From: Neophaeotheca triangularis
Taxonomy: Eukaryota
Length of the DNA stretch: 64,000 bases
Reading direction: 5' to 3'
Assembly (NCBI GenBank): GCA_054600435.1
Contig: BAAIJX010000028.1
Span: 124,001 to 188,000, forward strand
The translations under genes and the position numbers were made by a program. Below, one piece after another: positions 37,434 to 48,360 of the stretch. The notes below the pieces were generated by a model. That model ran no database searches. It saw nothing but the letters and a program-made list of their open reading frames with translations, and was not told the origin of the DNA. Position 1 is the first letter of the stretch, and each line of letters opens with the position of its first letter.

Positions 37434-38025
37434 TGTTCGCTTGAATACCCAACACGAGATAAAGAAATATGCCTCAATGTCGATGGTCTTGGGACGAGGC
37501 ATTGTCTATTTAAACAATCTCTTCAATTCCAGTTTGGACGACTCTGGCTCATCACGTCGGTGTATTAGCTATACTCAGAATTGCCAGGGACAGTACACAA
37601 GTAAGCTATGGAGTTGAACTGCAACCAATTTTAAAATGTAGACGAGTACATTTGTTCTCAAATATGTTGACCCTAGTAAACATCGCCCTCTGGCCCAGAC
37701 TTTCAATGCTTCCCCGCGATATTCTCATCACGAACCGACCAAGCGCCATTTCCAAAATTGCTTTAACTACCAAGCGTGACGTGTGTTGCTCACTCCCCTA
37801 CTTACTCAGACCAAGACCCAACTACCCACCCGCTTAGTGGGTTCTCGTTCTGACATCTTGACGGGATTCCTCACCAACTTGGCTTTCGACGCCCTTTCAT
37901 CGTTCTTGCGTTGCCTGCCATTGATCTGCCAGAGACTCATCTCCTCTTGACCAGTCTCGCCGAGTATGCAAAGCTTAAAACCACCCAAGACGCGACACCT
38001 CGCCTCTCGCAGAGCTTCCACACGA

Positions 38026-39356
38026 CTACAGCGAGTCCACACGCTCGTGTATGTTCGTAAGCGGTACATCCCCCGGCTCCAGACCATGCAAGTGATTCTC
38101 GACTCCAGCCTTGGCGGGCAGTCTCTCGTGCATCGCGTCCGGAATCAGCTCCGGAGTCGTGGATCGAGCAATCTGGGGCTCGGGGATGGTGAGAGATTTC
38201 AACGGACTGGGACCCGCCGAGGTCGGTGTCTTGGGGCTACTGCTCTTCGGGCTGTCGAGTTCTTGCAGCACCGAGTCGCGCTTGCGGAGAGTGAATTCTT
38301 TCGTCGCAAGCGATTGCCCGAATCCTTGGGATGTGGCCACTTGTTCGATTGATTTGAAGTACTGGATTTTGGTGAGTTGAGGGTTAGTCACTGGGCTTGT
38401 GAGGAAAGTGCGGGCGGCCATGGGCATACTTTTACGGTCTTGACTTTAAGTTCTAGCGTTGCGTCCTCGTCCACGACCATCAGAGCGTGGGGGTGCATTT
38501 GCAGACTCGACAGCGTCCACATGTGGTTGACACCTTCTTCCACGCATTTCTTCAACGCGAGAGCTTTGTGCGCGCCCGAGATGACAATCACCACCTCTCG
38601 TGCCTGATTAAAGGGGTCAGTGATCGATCCGGCATCTTCAACAGACTGAGTAACAACTCACATCCATGACGGTCTCCACACCAACGGTCAGCGCCATCTT
38701 TGGTACCTTGGCAAGGTCATTGTCGAAAAACCTCGAATTTGCCAACATGGTGTCGTAGGCAAGGGTCTTGACTCTGGTTCTACTCCTCATGCTGCTTCCG
38801 GGCTCGTTAAAAGCTATGTGGCCATCCGGGCCAATCCCGCCCAGGAACAGCTCGATACCGCCAGCCCGACGGATCTTCTCCTCGTAGGCGATACATTCGG
38901 CTTCCAAATCTGGCGCGTTGCCGTTCAGGATGTTGATGTTGGCCGGGTTGACGTCGACGTGGCAGAAGAAGTGCGTGTACATGAAGGAGTGGTATGACTC
39001 AGGGTGCTCGCGAGGAATACCGACGTACTCGTCCATGTTGAAAGTGACGACATTGCGGAATGAGATGCGGTGGTCCTTGTATGCGGCGACGAGGTGCTTG
39101 TAGACCGGCTCAGGGGAGCTACCGGTTGGAAGTCCGAGAACAAAAGGCTTGCTTGGAGTCGGTTCATAAGAGTTGATACGGTCTTTTGGTCCGTCAGTAT
39201 TATAGTCGTTATGGTTTACGATCAAAGTTTCCTACCTATGATGTAGTCGGCGATGTACTTGGCGGCATTGGCCTTGTCGTCTCGGATGATGAGTCTCCTG
39301 CTATTCGTCAATACAAGACTTTAATCTCATCGTGTGTCGGCTCATTGATCCTACAT
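38026..39356 (-). CDS. dam1: Glucosamine-6-phosphate deaminase
   Basis: MRLIIRDD..., [35 protein letters not shown]; 5 exons with the ATG split by the first intron; Ser/Pro-rich C-terminal tail. Confidence 0.96.
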
Positions 39357-40664
39357 GTTTTGAGTTTAGTACCCGCCAGCAAGATGGAGATTATTCGATG
39401 GTAGATTACCGAAAGATACGATGAAAGAAGGGACAGGCTATGTGGCAGGATGGGGAAGGGAAGTTTCTATTGCTGTTGAAATGTGATGACTCCAAGGACG
39501 TGTAAAATTCCTACCTTTCTGATATACGATGACTTTATCGAAAGTCGTACTGTATGATGAGAGGCTGCTTGTCCGGCATTGCATTGTGCGGACGTCACAG
39601 TGGTAACAAGACACACCTGGGTACAGGGTCCAAGGCAATGCAACGTGGGAACGTCAAAAAAGAGACTCTGGGTCGATGATCGTCGTCCGTTAGATATCAC
39701 CTCAGATAGGCTGTGCTTTCTTCAGTGCTTTCTCCAGTGCTACATAAGTGCCGTGTGGACACGGGTGACCACACGTCGCTACGTAAGAAGCGCACAGCGG
39801 ATAATGATAGTAATAACAATAAAGTGATGGTGTGGAGTGGAGATCAGATGCTACCTCGTTAGTATTATAGTTACCTTAGCCAACCTAAGTTAGTCACCAT
39901 TTCTAGAATCATGTCGCGTGGGCCGCACGAGTAAGTGGAGTACGGCAAGGGCAAGGTAGCATGGCTCGGCATGGATGTAGCCTCAGCCGCATTGTGGGGA
40001 AGGGCAGTATCTTCGTCGCTTAAATGTGGAACTTAGGTAGTCAAGTTAAGTTCCTGATAGGCACGGCACGGCACCTTGTCGAACTCGGATAAGGTAACCA
40101 CCACTCTGGCTGATAATAAGTTAGGAGGAGATAAGCCTTCCGACCCGCGACAATAGAACTGGTCTTGAGTCGACGCACTACGGCATGTTGGGGTTGCACT
40201 CACTACTCCACCTTGAATGCCTCCCAGTGGCGCTGAATGCATTATTGCTATCGCCAGCACTGCACTGCAATAGCCGACCCCCAATCCCCGTGGGAGGCCG
40301 AGTAATCCGGGAGAGACGATAGCGAATGCAGGCGTGTGAAACGAACGAGGACGCCGCGAAGAGAACGAGATGCCAATCGCCCCAACTGTCGACCCTCTGG
40401 GCAGACATAGGGAAGCCGATAACCACAGCCCTCCTGCTTCACCTACAAGTACGGGGTTGCCGCACTATATGGCTTCACTGCTGACATTGATGTTTTGACT
40501 GCTCTCACTCTGCTTTACCATTCCGCAGTTCGGGCTGAGTTCTTTTGCCCTTGCAGCTCCCAGCATCCCTGTAAGTGTCTCGAGATAAGACTATATTGTA
40601 AGCTCAACAACTGACACTATCAACAGCAACCCTCGACTACCACCTCCCTCGCTCTGCTTCGAAA

Positions 40665-42402
40665 ATGTCCGACACTTCGGTTGGCAAGGTCGACAAAGGG
40701 TCCGAATCGTACGAGATGCGTTCACCCTCCCGTGAATCAAACAAACCTACCCAGGCGGTTCGTCCAGCAGGATGGAAGTACAAAGACTTCAAGCTCGGTC
40801 CCATAACTATACCTTACTATGCAAGTCCTCAAGCCCAGCTACTGTTGGTCTCGCTGGTCTGTTTCCTTTGCCCGGGTAGGTTTCAGTCGATGCAAAGATA
40901 ACCCTGCAACGAATCATAACTGACTTGTGACTCTACAGGCATGTTCAACGCCGTCAACGGTCTAGGCGGTGGCGGTCAGGTCGATCCCGAAGCCAGTACC
41001 GCCTCAAATACCGCACTCTATGCAACCTTTGCCGTAGTTGGCTTCTTCGCCGGGACCATTGCCAACAAGCTAGGAATCCGCTATTCCCTGGCTTTTGGTG
41101 GTTGTGGCTACAGCTTGTATGTCGCATCATACCTTAGCTACAACATCAACCAAAACTTTGGCTTCGTCGTGTTTTCCGGCTTCTTCCTAGGATGCTGTGC
41201 GGGTGTATTCTGGAGCGCTCAAGGAGCTATCATGATGTCCTACCCTCCTGAGGGCGCCAAAGGCCGATATATTGCCGTCTTCTGGGTCAATTTCAACATG
41301 GGTGGAGTGATCGGCAGTTTGGTTAGTTTCCCACTTATGCTTCCTCCTGAGCTGAGGACTCGAGGAGTAAGACCACTAACATCGGCTCGACAGGTTCCTC
41401 TCGGCCAAAACATCAACACTACTACCGACTCCACGGTCTCCAACGGGACTTATATCGGATTTATTGCGCTCAGCGCTGTCGGAGCGGCCCTGGCCTTTAC
41501 CCTTTGCGATGCCCAAAACGTGATTCGCTACGACTGCTCGAAGGTTATTGTAGCGAAGAACCCAACCTGGAAGAGCGAGCTTCTTGGGCTCTGGGAGACC
41601 ATTCAGACCGATCCTTATGTCGTTTTCCTCTTCCCCATGTTCTTTGCGAGCAACTACTTCTACACGTATCAATTCAACGACGTTAACCTCGCGCAGTTCA
41701 ATACCCGTACTCGGGCATTGAACAACGTCATCTACTGGCTTGCGCAAATGATCGGGGCGACTATTTTCGGATATTTGCTCGATGCTGGGCAGGTTCGCAG
41801 AAGCATTCGCGCACGAATCGCATGGGTTGCTTTGTTCGTCCTCAGTTTCGCCATCTGGGGCGGTGGCTATGCATTCCAGAGAGGTTATACTCGGGAGGAG
41901 GTCGCTCAGGAGGGATACGAGAAGATGGACTGGAGTTCGTCCGGTTTCATCGGGCCCCACTTCCTTTACCTTTTCTACGGCTTCTTTGACGCCGTATGGC
42001 AGACTATGGTCTACTGGTAAGTCGACGCTTCATCCCCAAAGTTTTTCCAACTTTTCAAATTTTTCGAAAAAGGGCTTAGCCTCTAACTTTCTCTCCAGGT
42101 TCATGGGAGCCATGACGAACAACAGCCGCAAGCTGGCCAACTTCGCCGGCTTCTACAAGGGCATCCAGTCAGCAGGAGCGGCAATCATCTGGCGCCTAGA
42201 TGGCCTCGACAACCCGCCTCCGTACATGAATCTCTTCGCTTCGTGTTGGGCCTTGCTCACCGGGAGCTTGTTGATCGCTCTCCCCGTCATCATCATCAAG
42301 ATCAAAGATCATGCTGATGAGGAACAGGATCTTGAGTTTGCGGGAGAGAAGGCTGAGGATGTGAAGCCGACGACTCTTAAGAATAATGATTCGGAGGCTT
42401 GA
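40665..42402 (+). CDS. ngt1: N-acetylglucosamine transporter (UNC-93-like / DUF895 MFS)
   Basis: CFLCPG|MFNAVNGLGGGG, WSAQGAIMMSYP, FASNYFYTYQFN, RTRALN, AGFYKGIQSAG; the substrate is inferred from cluster context. Confidence 0.88.
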
Positions 42403-43247
42403 AGATGAGGGCGAAAAACGAACGCTGGGAGCGGGTGCTATGCATTTGAGATAGCTGATGACATTCCAAGACCGTCACCGAGCTAGGCAGGTGCTACAAG
42501 AACGATCACCCCTGTTCTCGTTCCCCGAGAGCAAGCCGCGAAAAAGTCAGGAGAAACTCTGTCCCAGCTCTCACGCGCTTTGCAAGCCTCGCGAACGGTC
42601 TACGCCAACTCTTCGCCGTAGCCTATCTAGCTCTTCACGAGAAACTGTATTCCACACCTTGTGACTCCTCAATCACTCCCCCTACTTGCTAGGGAAAATA
42701 CGACGTCGGATTTTAGCAGTCAGATGCAACGAGTCTTACATCTGCACCGCGACTCTGCACTTGATCCAGTCCTCACCACTACAATTAACATGCACCGCAT
42801 TCGACTTCCGAAGCCGGTCAAGATGAACGACCAACGATCCCTCGTAGCGTGAGCCAAGCGATCTTCCGAGATGATGTACCGACTTCATGGTGCAATTGTC
42901 AACGCTTCCGACTATCAAGCTGCCGATTCTGTCGTGGGCAGATACTGCTACTAGACCAACTATGTCTACACTGCCGCGAGTGCGGCTGGCAAGGCCCTAG
43001 CTAGTACTCTGAAATCTCGCAAAAGTTCATTATGCAGTCTAGAAGCGGGCGGAAGGGGAGTTGGCTGACTGGGAAGTTGGGGAAATGGAAAACATCCAGC
43101 TGCCTGACACTGACTAGAGCTGGATTCTCTGAGGCTGAGAGTCCCAACCCGGAAAGATCTCGCACGGTATATCACTGCATTCTAGGCTCACTCATTTCCG
43201 GCTCAAACCTCCCTTCACACTGCCTACTAGCATCTCTCGGATTTTAT

Positions 43248-45091
43248 CTAGCAGTCCGGGAAGCTAAGATCCAATCGAATAGAAGGCTGCCCAGTAAAGT
43301 CCGCCGGGAGCGTATACGTGAAATTGTAAAATTCGAAATCGCTATCGGACGAGAGGGGTCAGCAGACGCCTTGACATGACATGCTTTTCCTGGAAAGACC
43401 ACTGTACTCACTGTATCGGGTCACTCGCACCACCATACATGCCGGCGAAGGTCAAGTTCATCTCCATCTCCGGGTAGGTGGTGACGGTGACACTGAGCCC
43501 TTCGGCGCCTTCCCAGCCGGAGATGGTAGGGTTTCCTGTCGGAGGCGACAGCATCAGGGTGAAGATGGAGGAAGCGTTACCACGGGGGTATGTGAGGTTC
43601 AGACCCATTGGCGAGACTTTGGCGTCAAGGGCGGATTCGGTGGCGTAGTACTGCGTTGATGTTCGGTTATTCTACTGCTTGAATTCGAGGTGGAGCGATG
43701 TCTTGGGAGCTTACCACGAGGTATCCGATCTCCGAGGACTGCGCATCGAGCCATTGAATCACGGCGGGGCTCCACGATCCAGGAGCGAGTGAAGTACCAC
43801 CAATTACATCCTGATCGAACGAGACGCCGCCGATGCTGATGTTCTCGCTCATCCATGTTGTGTAGTTGCGAAGGGCGTAGTCGTAGGGAGGCGAGAAGGC
43901 TGAAATCTCGAATGTATGCTCCCCTTGGAAGTACTGGAGCTTTTCCATGACATCGGGTGTGACGAAAGCTTCCTGGTCCCTCGACAAGATAGCCATCAAA
44001 GGGCCTAGAGAGAAATCGGAAGCATGTGACATGAGTTCGGGCTTGGTCACTGATCAGCGCTGTTTGAGATGATGGACTATGTCGCCTTCGCAGCATACCT
44101 TCTCGTAGACGGATGACTTTTCTTTACCAACGAGCACCCACAACCAACCAGCCATGGCGGCGAAGTACTTGTTCATATCGTACCCATACGACCTGTCCCA
44201 TGGACCGGCAATGTTCTTCATACGGGGGTTCCACAGTTCGCCGACCGCTTCGTAAGTTTTCTGGGCCATGCGCTTCCCGTTCTGCTTCATCACAGAGTCC
44301 GCGGGCAGATACTTGTCCCAGAGCGTGAGAGCAAACAGTGAGATGCCATTATAAGTAGGACCGTTGAACTCTGAAAGAGCGTCGGTCATGTTGAAGAGCG
44401 TTATGACCTCGTTGGCATCGTGTTCTCCCGCCCGGGTCATGTTGGAGTCGCCCAGCCGGCGGCCAGTCCAGCCGGAGACAAAAGCACGCATGAGGGAGGG
44501 ATTCGTGTAGGCCGGATAGAGGTTGTCGCCGTCGACGCCTCCGACGCGGTACGAGTCTCCTACCGTAGCGTTGTACAACGACTCCAGCATAAGACCCTGA
44601 AGCTCGTCGCTAAGAAGATGAGAGTACTCTTCCAAGCCGATGATAAACGCAGTTCCGACAAAGCCTCTCCAGTTCGGATCCCAGCTGGAATACATCTCGG
44701 CAGGGTAGATTGGACTGCCTACCCTTGGCTCCTCTGGTTGTTTCTGGTAAGTGGCATACCATTGATCGGCTGGGTCCTTGTATTGGCCGTGAATGACGTT
44801 GGAGATGGCCCTTTCGGCGTCTTGCACATCGTGGCCTTGGTTGCGTGCAAGCAACCCAATCGCATACCAGGAAGACGTTCTTGTGTCATGCCGCATGGCC
44901 GCGGGCTCGTTCAGATTGAAAAGGTAGCCTGCCTCCGGATCCCAATGATTATCCAGATACGCCATGGACTCGGTGAATAGGGAACAAGCATTCTCGGAGA
45001 ACGCTTCGGGGCAAGTTGTATGGGCATGGGCATGGGCATGAGAGCCCCAAACTGCTGCAGCGCACAGAATAGTCTCTAGATTCAGCTTCAT
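43248..45091 (-). CDS. Secreted protein of unknown function (about 550 aa), 4 exons, embedded in the GlcNAc cluster
   Basis: Signal peptide; motifs HDTRTSSWYAIGLLARN, WDPNWRGF, NLYPAYTNP, SEFNGPTY and GPWDRSYGYDM; GT-AG introns at about 44098-44042, 43714-43651 and 43411-43342 give an open frame ending SFPDC*. Confidence 0.85.
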
Positions 45092-45679
45092 GTCGATTGA
45101 TTTGTAACGGATAAACTTCTTCCATACTCCTGTGTGGAATGGGAGAGCTTCTTGTATTCATTCGATGCACTGTAGTTATATCCTGTTTTCTCCACTTCTC
45201 CACTTCCCTACATGTCTTTCAGTGTCGGCTGGATGCGAACCCCGCTCGTCCTGATAGCGAATGGGAGTACTGTTCGACATCCGTACTACCTTGGTATGAT
45301 CTATCTCCTCCGCCCCCAGGCTGTCCTTACTGCAACTTGCGTGGGCATAGAGGCCGGGTTTTTCGAAGATGCGTTCTACTCTGCCTCTTGAGTACCTAGG
45401 TAGTCGTGGTATAAAAGACCTCAGCTGCTTAATCACGCCCGGGACAAGATGATTGCGAAAGGTTTGGGAATAGTACTTGAATGATAATCATCCCGCCAGG
45501 CTGATATTACTGCGACGAGTTTACACCACAACAGGTGAAGAGGACGGGAGGAGCAGGCGGGAATAGTACGGAGGTAGGAAGTGGAGTATGGCGGGTATCC
45601 CCGTTCCTAGCGGTCGTTTATGCTACAAGACACAGCCCTTTGCATATCTTGCATAGACGTGCCGTCCGCTTATCAAAAA

Positions 45680-45745
45680 CTACCTAGGTAGGGTTAACTT
45701 ACTAGTACTAGTAGGAGGTAGGTGGACATGTAACGTTAACGTTAC
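45680..45745. promoter_or_regulatory. Cluster of three perfect palindromes in a divergent promoter; function inferred
   Basis: CTACCTAGGTAG (45680-45691), TACTAGTACTAGTA (45700-45713), GTAACGTTAACGTTAC (45730-45745). Confidence 0.5.
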
Positions 45746-46368
45746 GTTGATGTAACATACTGTATACCATGTCAGGTCAGCCTGGTATCAATTCACCGTA
45801 ACACTGCAGATACTACCTCCAGCCGTCCACAAGACTTACAATTGATTATTGCCTTACCCTCTCTGCAGCTGCATACATACATGCAACGCCATATCCACAA
45901 TACATCGATCCGCTCTGGCAAACGTGCGGTCCCTGGCGTCTTGTGCCTTGTCCACCATCAAAGGGCTAGGTAGCCGTTACGCCGAGATTTCTTCGACGAA
46001 TTGGTTTCTCGCAGAGTAGTCAGGCGTTCGAGGCACCTTCAATGAAACCTCAAGCTCGCCAGACCACTGGGAAACTGTCGACACGATGACCGGCTCCAAT
46101 GCCAACCCGCCATGAGCGTAGCAGTTTCACCCATCTCCACTGCCCTTACCTGGCTCCAACTGTTGTGTAGTGCCGGCTCTAGTAATTGCGAGTCACTGTC
46201 TACGAACCCTGCTGTCTTTTAATGCTTTCAGTACCGTCGCCGAGTGCAAAGCTTTGTAGCCTGTTGTTGGAGAATTGACGAGGCCCCCTACAATACTACA
46301 ACAACTCCAACAATACCAACAATACCGCTTCTGCTATTCCATTCTCTTCTCACCTCAATATACCCCCA

Positions 46369-47967
46369 ATGGCGTCAGTCGGTCGCTACTGCCTGTCCCT
46401 CCTCGTGGACTTCTGGACATTCCCGAAACTGGGCCAAGCAATAGCTATGGCGGCCATCCTTTCCTCCATGATCCACGTGATACGGCCAGACCTGGAATTG
46501 CCGCGAAAACATCACCGGCAATCACTCGATCGAAAGGGCAAACAAAGCCTCGAAGATTTCGCAGCCGAGGTGCGCGAGCTCTTCGAACGACCTCTACATC
46601 GCCAGAGTCTCCTGGCCATCTCGAAGGAGATCCGGGCGGAATACGCTGCTAAGCTGCAATGTCCTTCGTCGATCTCCATGCTTCCTTCCTACCAACATAC
46701 GCTACCTACCGGCCGGGAGCAAGGTGATTTTCTCGCCTTGGACGTCGGGGGCTCTACTTTCCGGATCGCTTTGATCAGATTGCAAGGCTGGGAGGAAGGG
46801 GGCGGAGGCGGAGGCGGGTCGGCGCAGATTATGCGCATCCGTGCCTTTGCCATTGACAAAGATGTTCGTAATTTGAAAGGAGGGGAGTTCTTCGATTGGA
46901 TGGCCCATCGGATAGGAGACATAATTGCCGAGTACGGTTCCGTCAAAGGGAAAGAAGAGACATTGGCTATGGGAATGGCATGGTCTTTCCCGCTGGAGCA
47001 GACATCGCAGCGTAGTGGAAAAATCTTGCCCATGGGGAAAGGGTTTCGAGCCACCGATGGTGTCGAGGGTGAGGATCTCGGCGAGCTCATCATGGAATCG
47101 TGCAAGCGACAAGGTCTCAATGTGGAAATGAAGTCGATTGTAAACGATAGCTCGGCGACACTGTTGTCGCAAGCTTATCGGGATCCTACCACCAGGATAT
47201 CGCTCATCCTCGGCACCGGAACGAATGCAGCAGTCTACTTACCTACCTCTGCGTTGGCAGCAAACAAGTTCGGAGAGAGACCGGACAGCTGGCGCGCCGC
47301 TGCAAAACATGTCGTGGTCAACACCGAGATGAGCATGTTCGGGAGACATGCTTTGACTTTCACGCGGTGGGACGATGAGCTGAACACCAAACATCCCTTG
47401 CCCAATTTCCAACCATTGGAGTATCTGGCAACCGGCAGATATCTTGGCGAGATTGTTCGACTCATCCTGTTGGAGGCAATCACCAAAGCCGAGCTTTTCG
47501 GCGGAGAAATGCCCAAGAGCCTCGAGGAGCCTTACGGCCTGGATACTCGCATCCTTGCCATCTTCGAAAGCGACAAGTCTCCGACAATGACAAACGCCAT
47601 GTCCGCATGGCAAGCGGCGCATCCGCTCCGCTCAAGGCCTGGTTTGGCCGACCTCAACTTCATTCGGAGCATCAGTCGACTGGTTTCCAGAAGGGCTGCC
47701 GCTTACCTTGCATCCGCTCTCCATGCGCTTTGGTGTCTGAGAACGGAAGCCGAGGGCTTGGAACCGGGAGAGGCCACCCACGTCACTATTGCCTGCAACG
47801 GAACTATAGTTGAAAAGTATCCTCGATTTCGCTCGTGTTGTCAAGAATACCTCGACGATCTTTGCGTGCTGTCTGGAGCTAGCAAGGGCGCCGTCACACT
47901 AGAAATGGCCCCGGAGAGCTCGATCTTGGGCGCTGCTGTAGCCGTGGCTAGTATGGAGGGGACCTGA
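46369..47967 (+). CDS. hxk3: Hexokinase-family N-acetylglucosamine kinase
   Basis: SMLPSY, LALDVGGSTFRI, WSFP, MGKGF, VNDSSA, ILGTGTNA, VNTE, GRYLGE, SSILGAA; the substrate is inferred from cluster context. Confidence 0.92.
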   Translation: MASVGRYCLSLLVDFWTFPKLGQAIAMAAILSSMIHVIRPDLELPRKHHRQSLDRKGKQSLEDFAAEVRELFERPLHRQSLLAISKEIRAEYAAKLQCPSSISMLPSYQHTLPTGREQGDFLALDVGGSTFRIALIRLQGWEEGGGGGGGSAQIMRIRAFAIDKDVRNLKGGEFFDWMAHRIGDIIAEYGSVKGKEETLAMGMAWSFPLEQTSQRSGKILPMGKGFRATDGVEGEDLGELIMESCKRQGLNVEMKSIVNDSSATLLSQAYRDPTTRISLILGTGTNAAVYLPTSALAANKFGERPDSWRAAAKHVVVNTEMSMFGRHALTFTRWDDELNTKHPLPNFQPLEYLATGRYLGEIVRLILLEAITKAELFGGEMPKSLEEPYGLDTRILAIFESDKSPTMTNAMSAWQAAHPLRSRPGLADLNFIRSISRLVSRRAAAYLASALHALWCLRTEAEGLEPGEATHVTIACNGTIVEKYPRFRSCCQEYLDDLCVLSGASKGAVTLEMAPESSILGAAVAVASMEGT

Positions 47968-48360
47968 GCGGTGACGCTACCCTGAACAGCTTAGGTTAAA
48001 GGCCAATGTCGAGGTCGAGACGCATTAGAGACGGTCAATGGTGTTCGTTGTAGATGCTAGTGCCGTGTCACCTTCCGACGCCTAGAGTTCTGTCTGAATT
48101 CTTGGAGCACGACTTTCCGGATCGGTCTCCGCCCATCTAGGGTACTGCCTCATCCGATCCCCGCGGCGGTTGAACGGTTGTGCAATGAGACTTTCAAGGA
48201 CATTCCACTCCATTCGTCACTCCATTCTTCGCGAGCTTCGGACTCAATATGAGAAGGGCGCCTCTTCCCTCGTCTCGTCCATCGTGGTATCTAGTCTAGG
48301 TCGTAGAATCATTCGCATGTATCAAAGAAGTGCAACACACCATGGCAACGAAAGCAGCCA

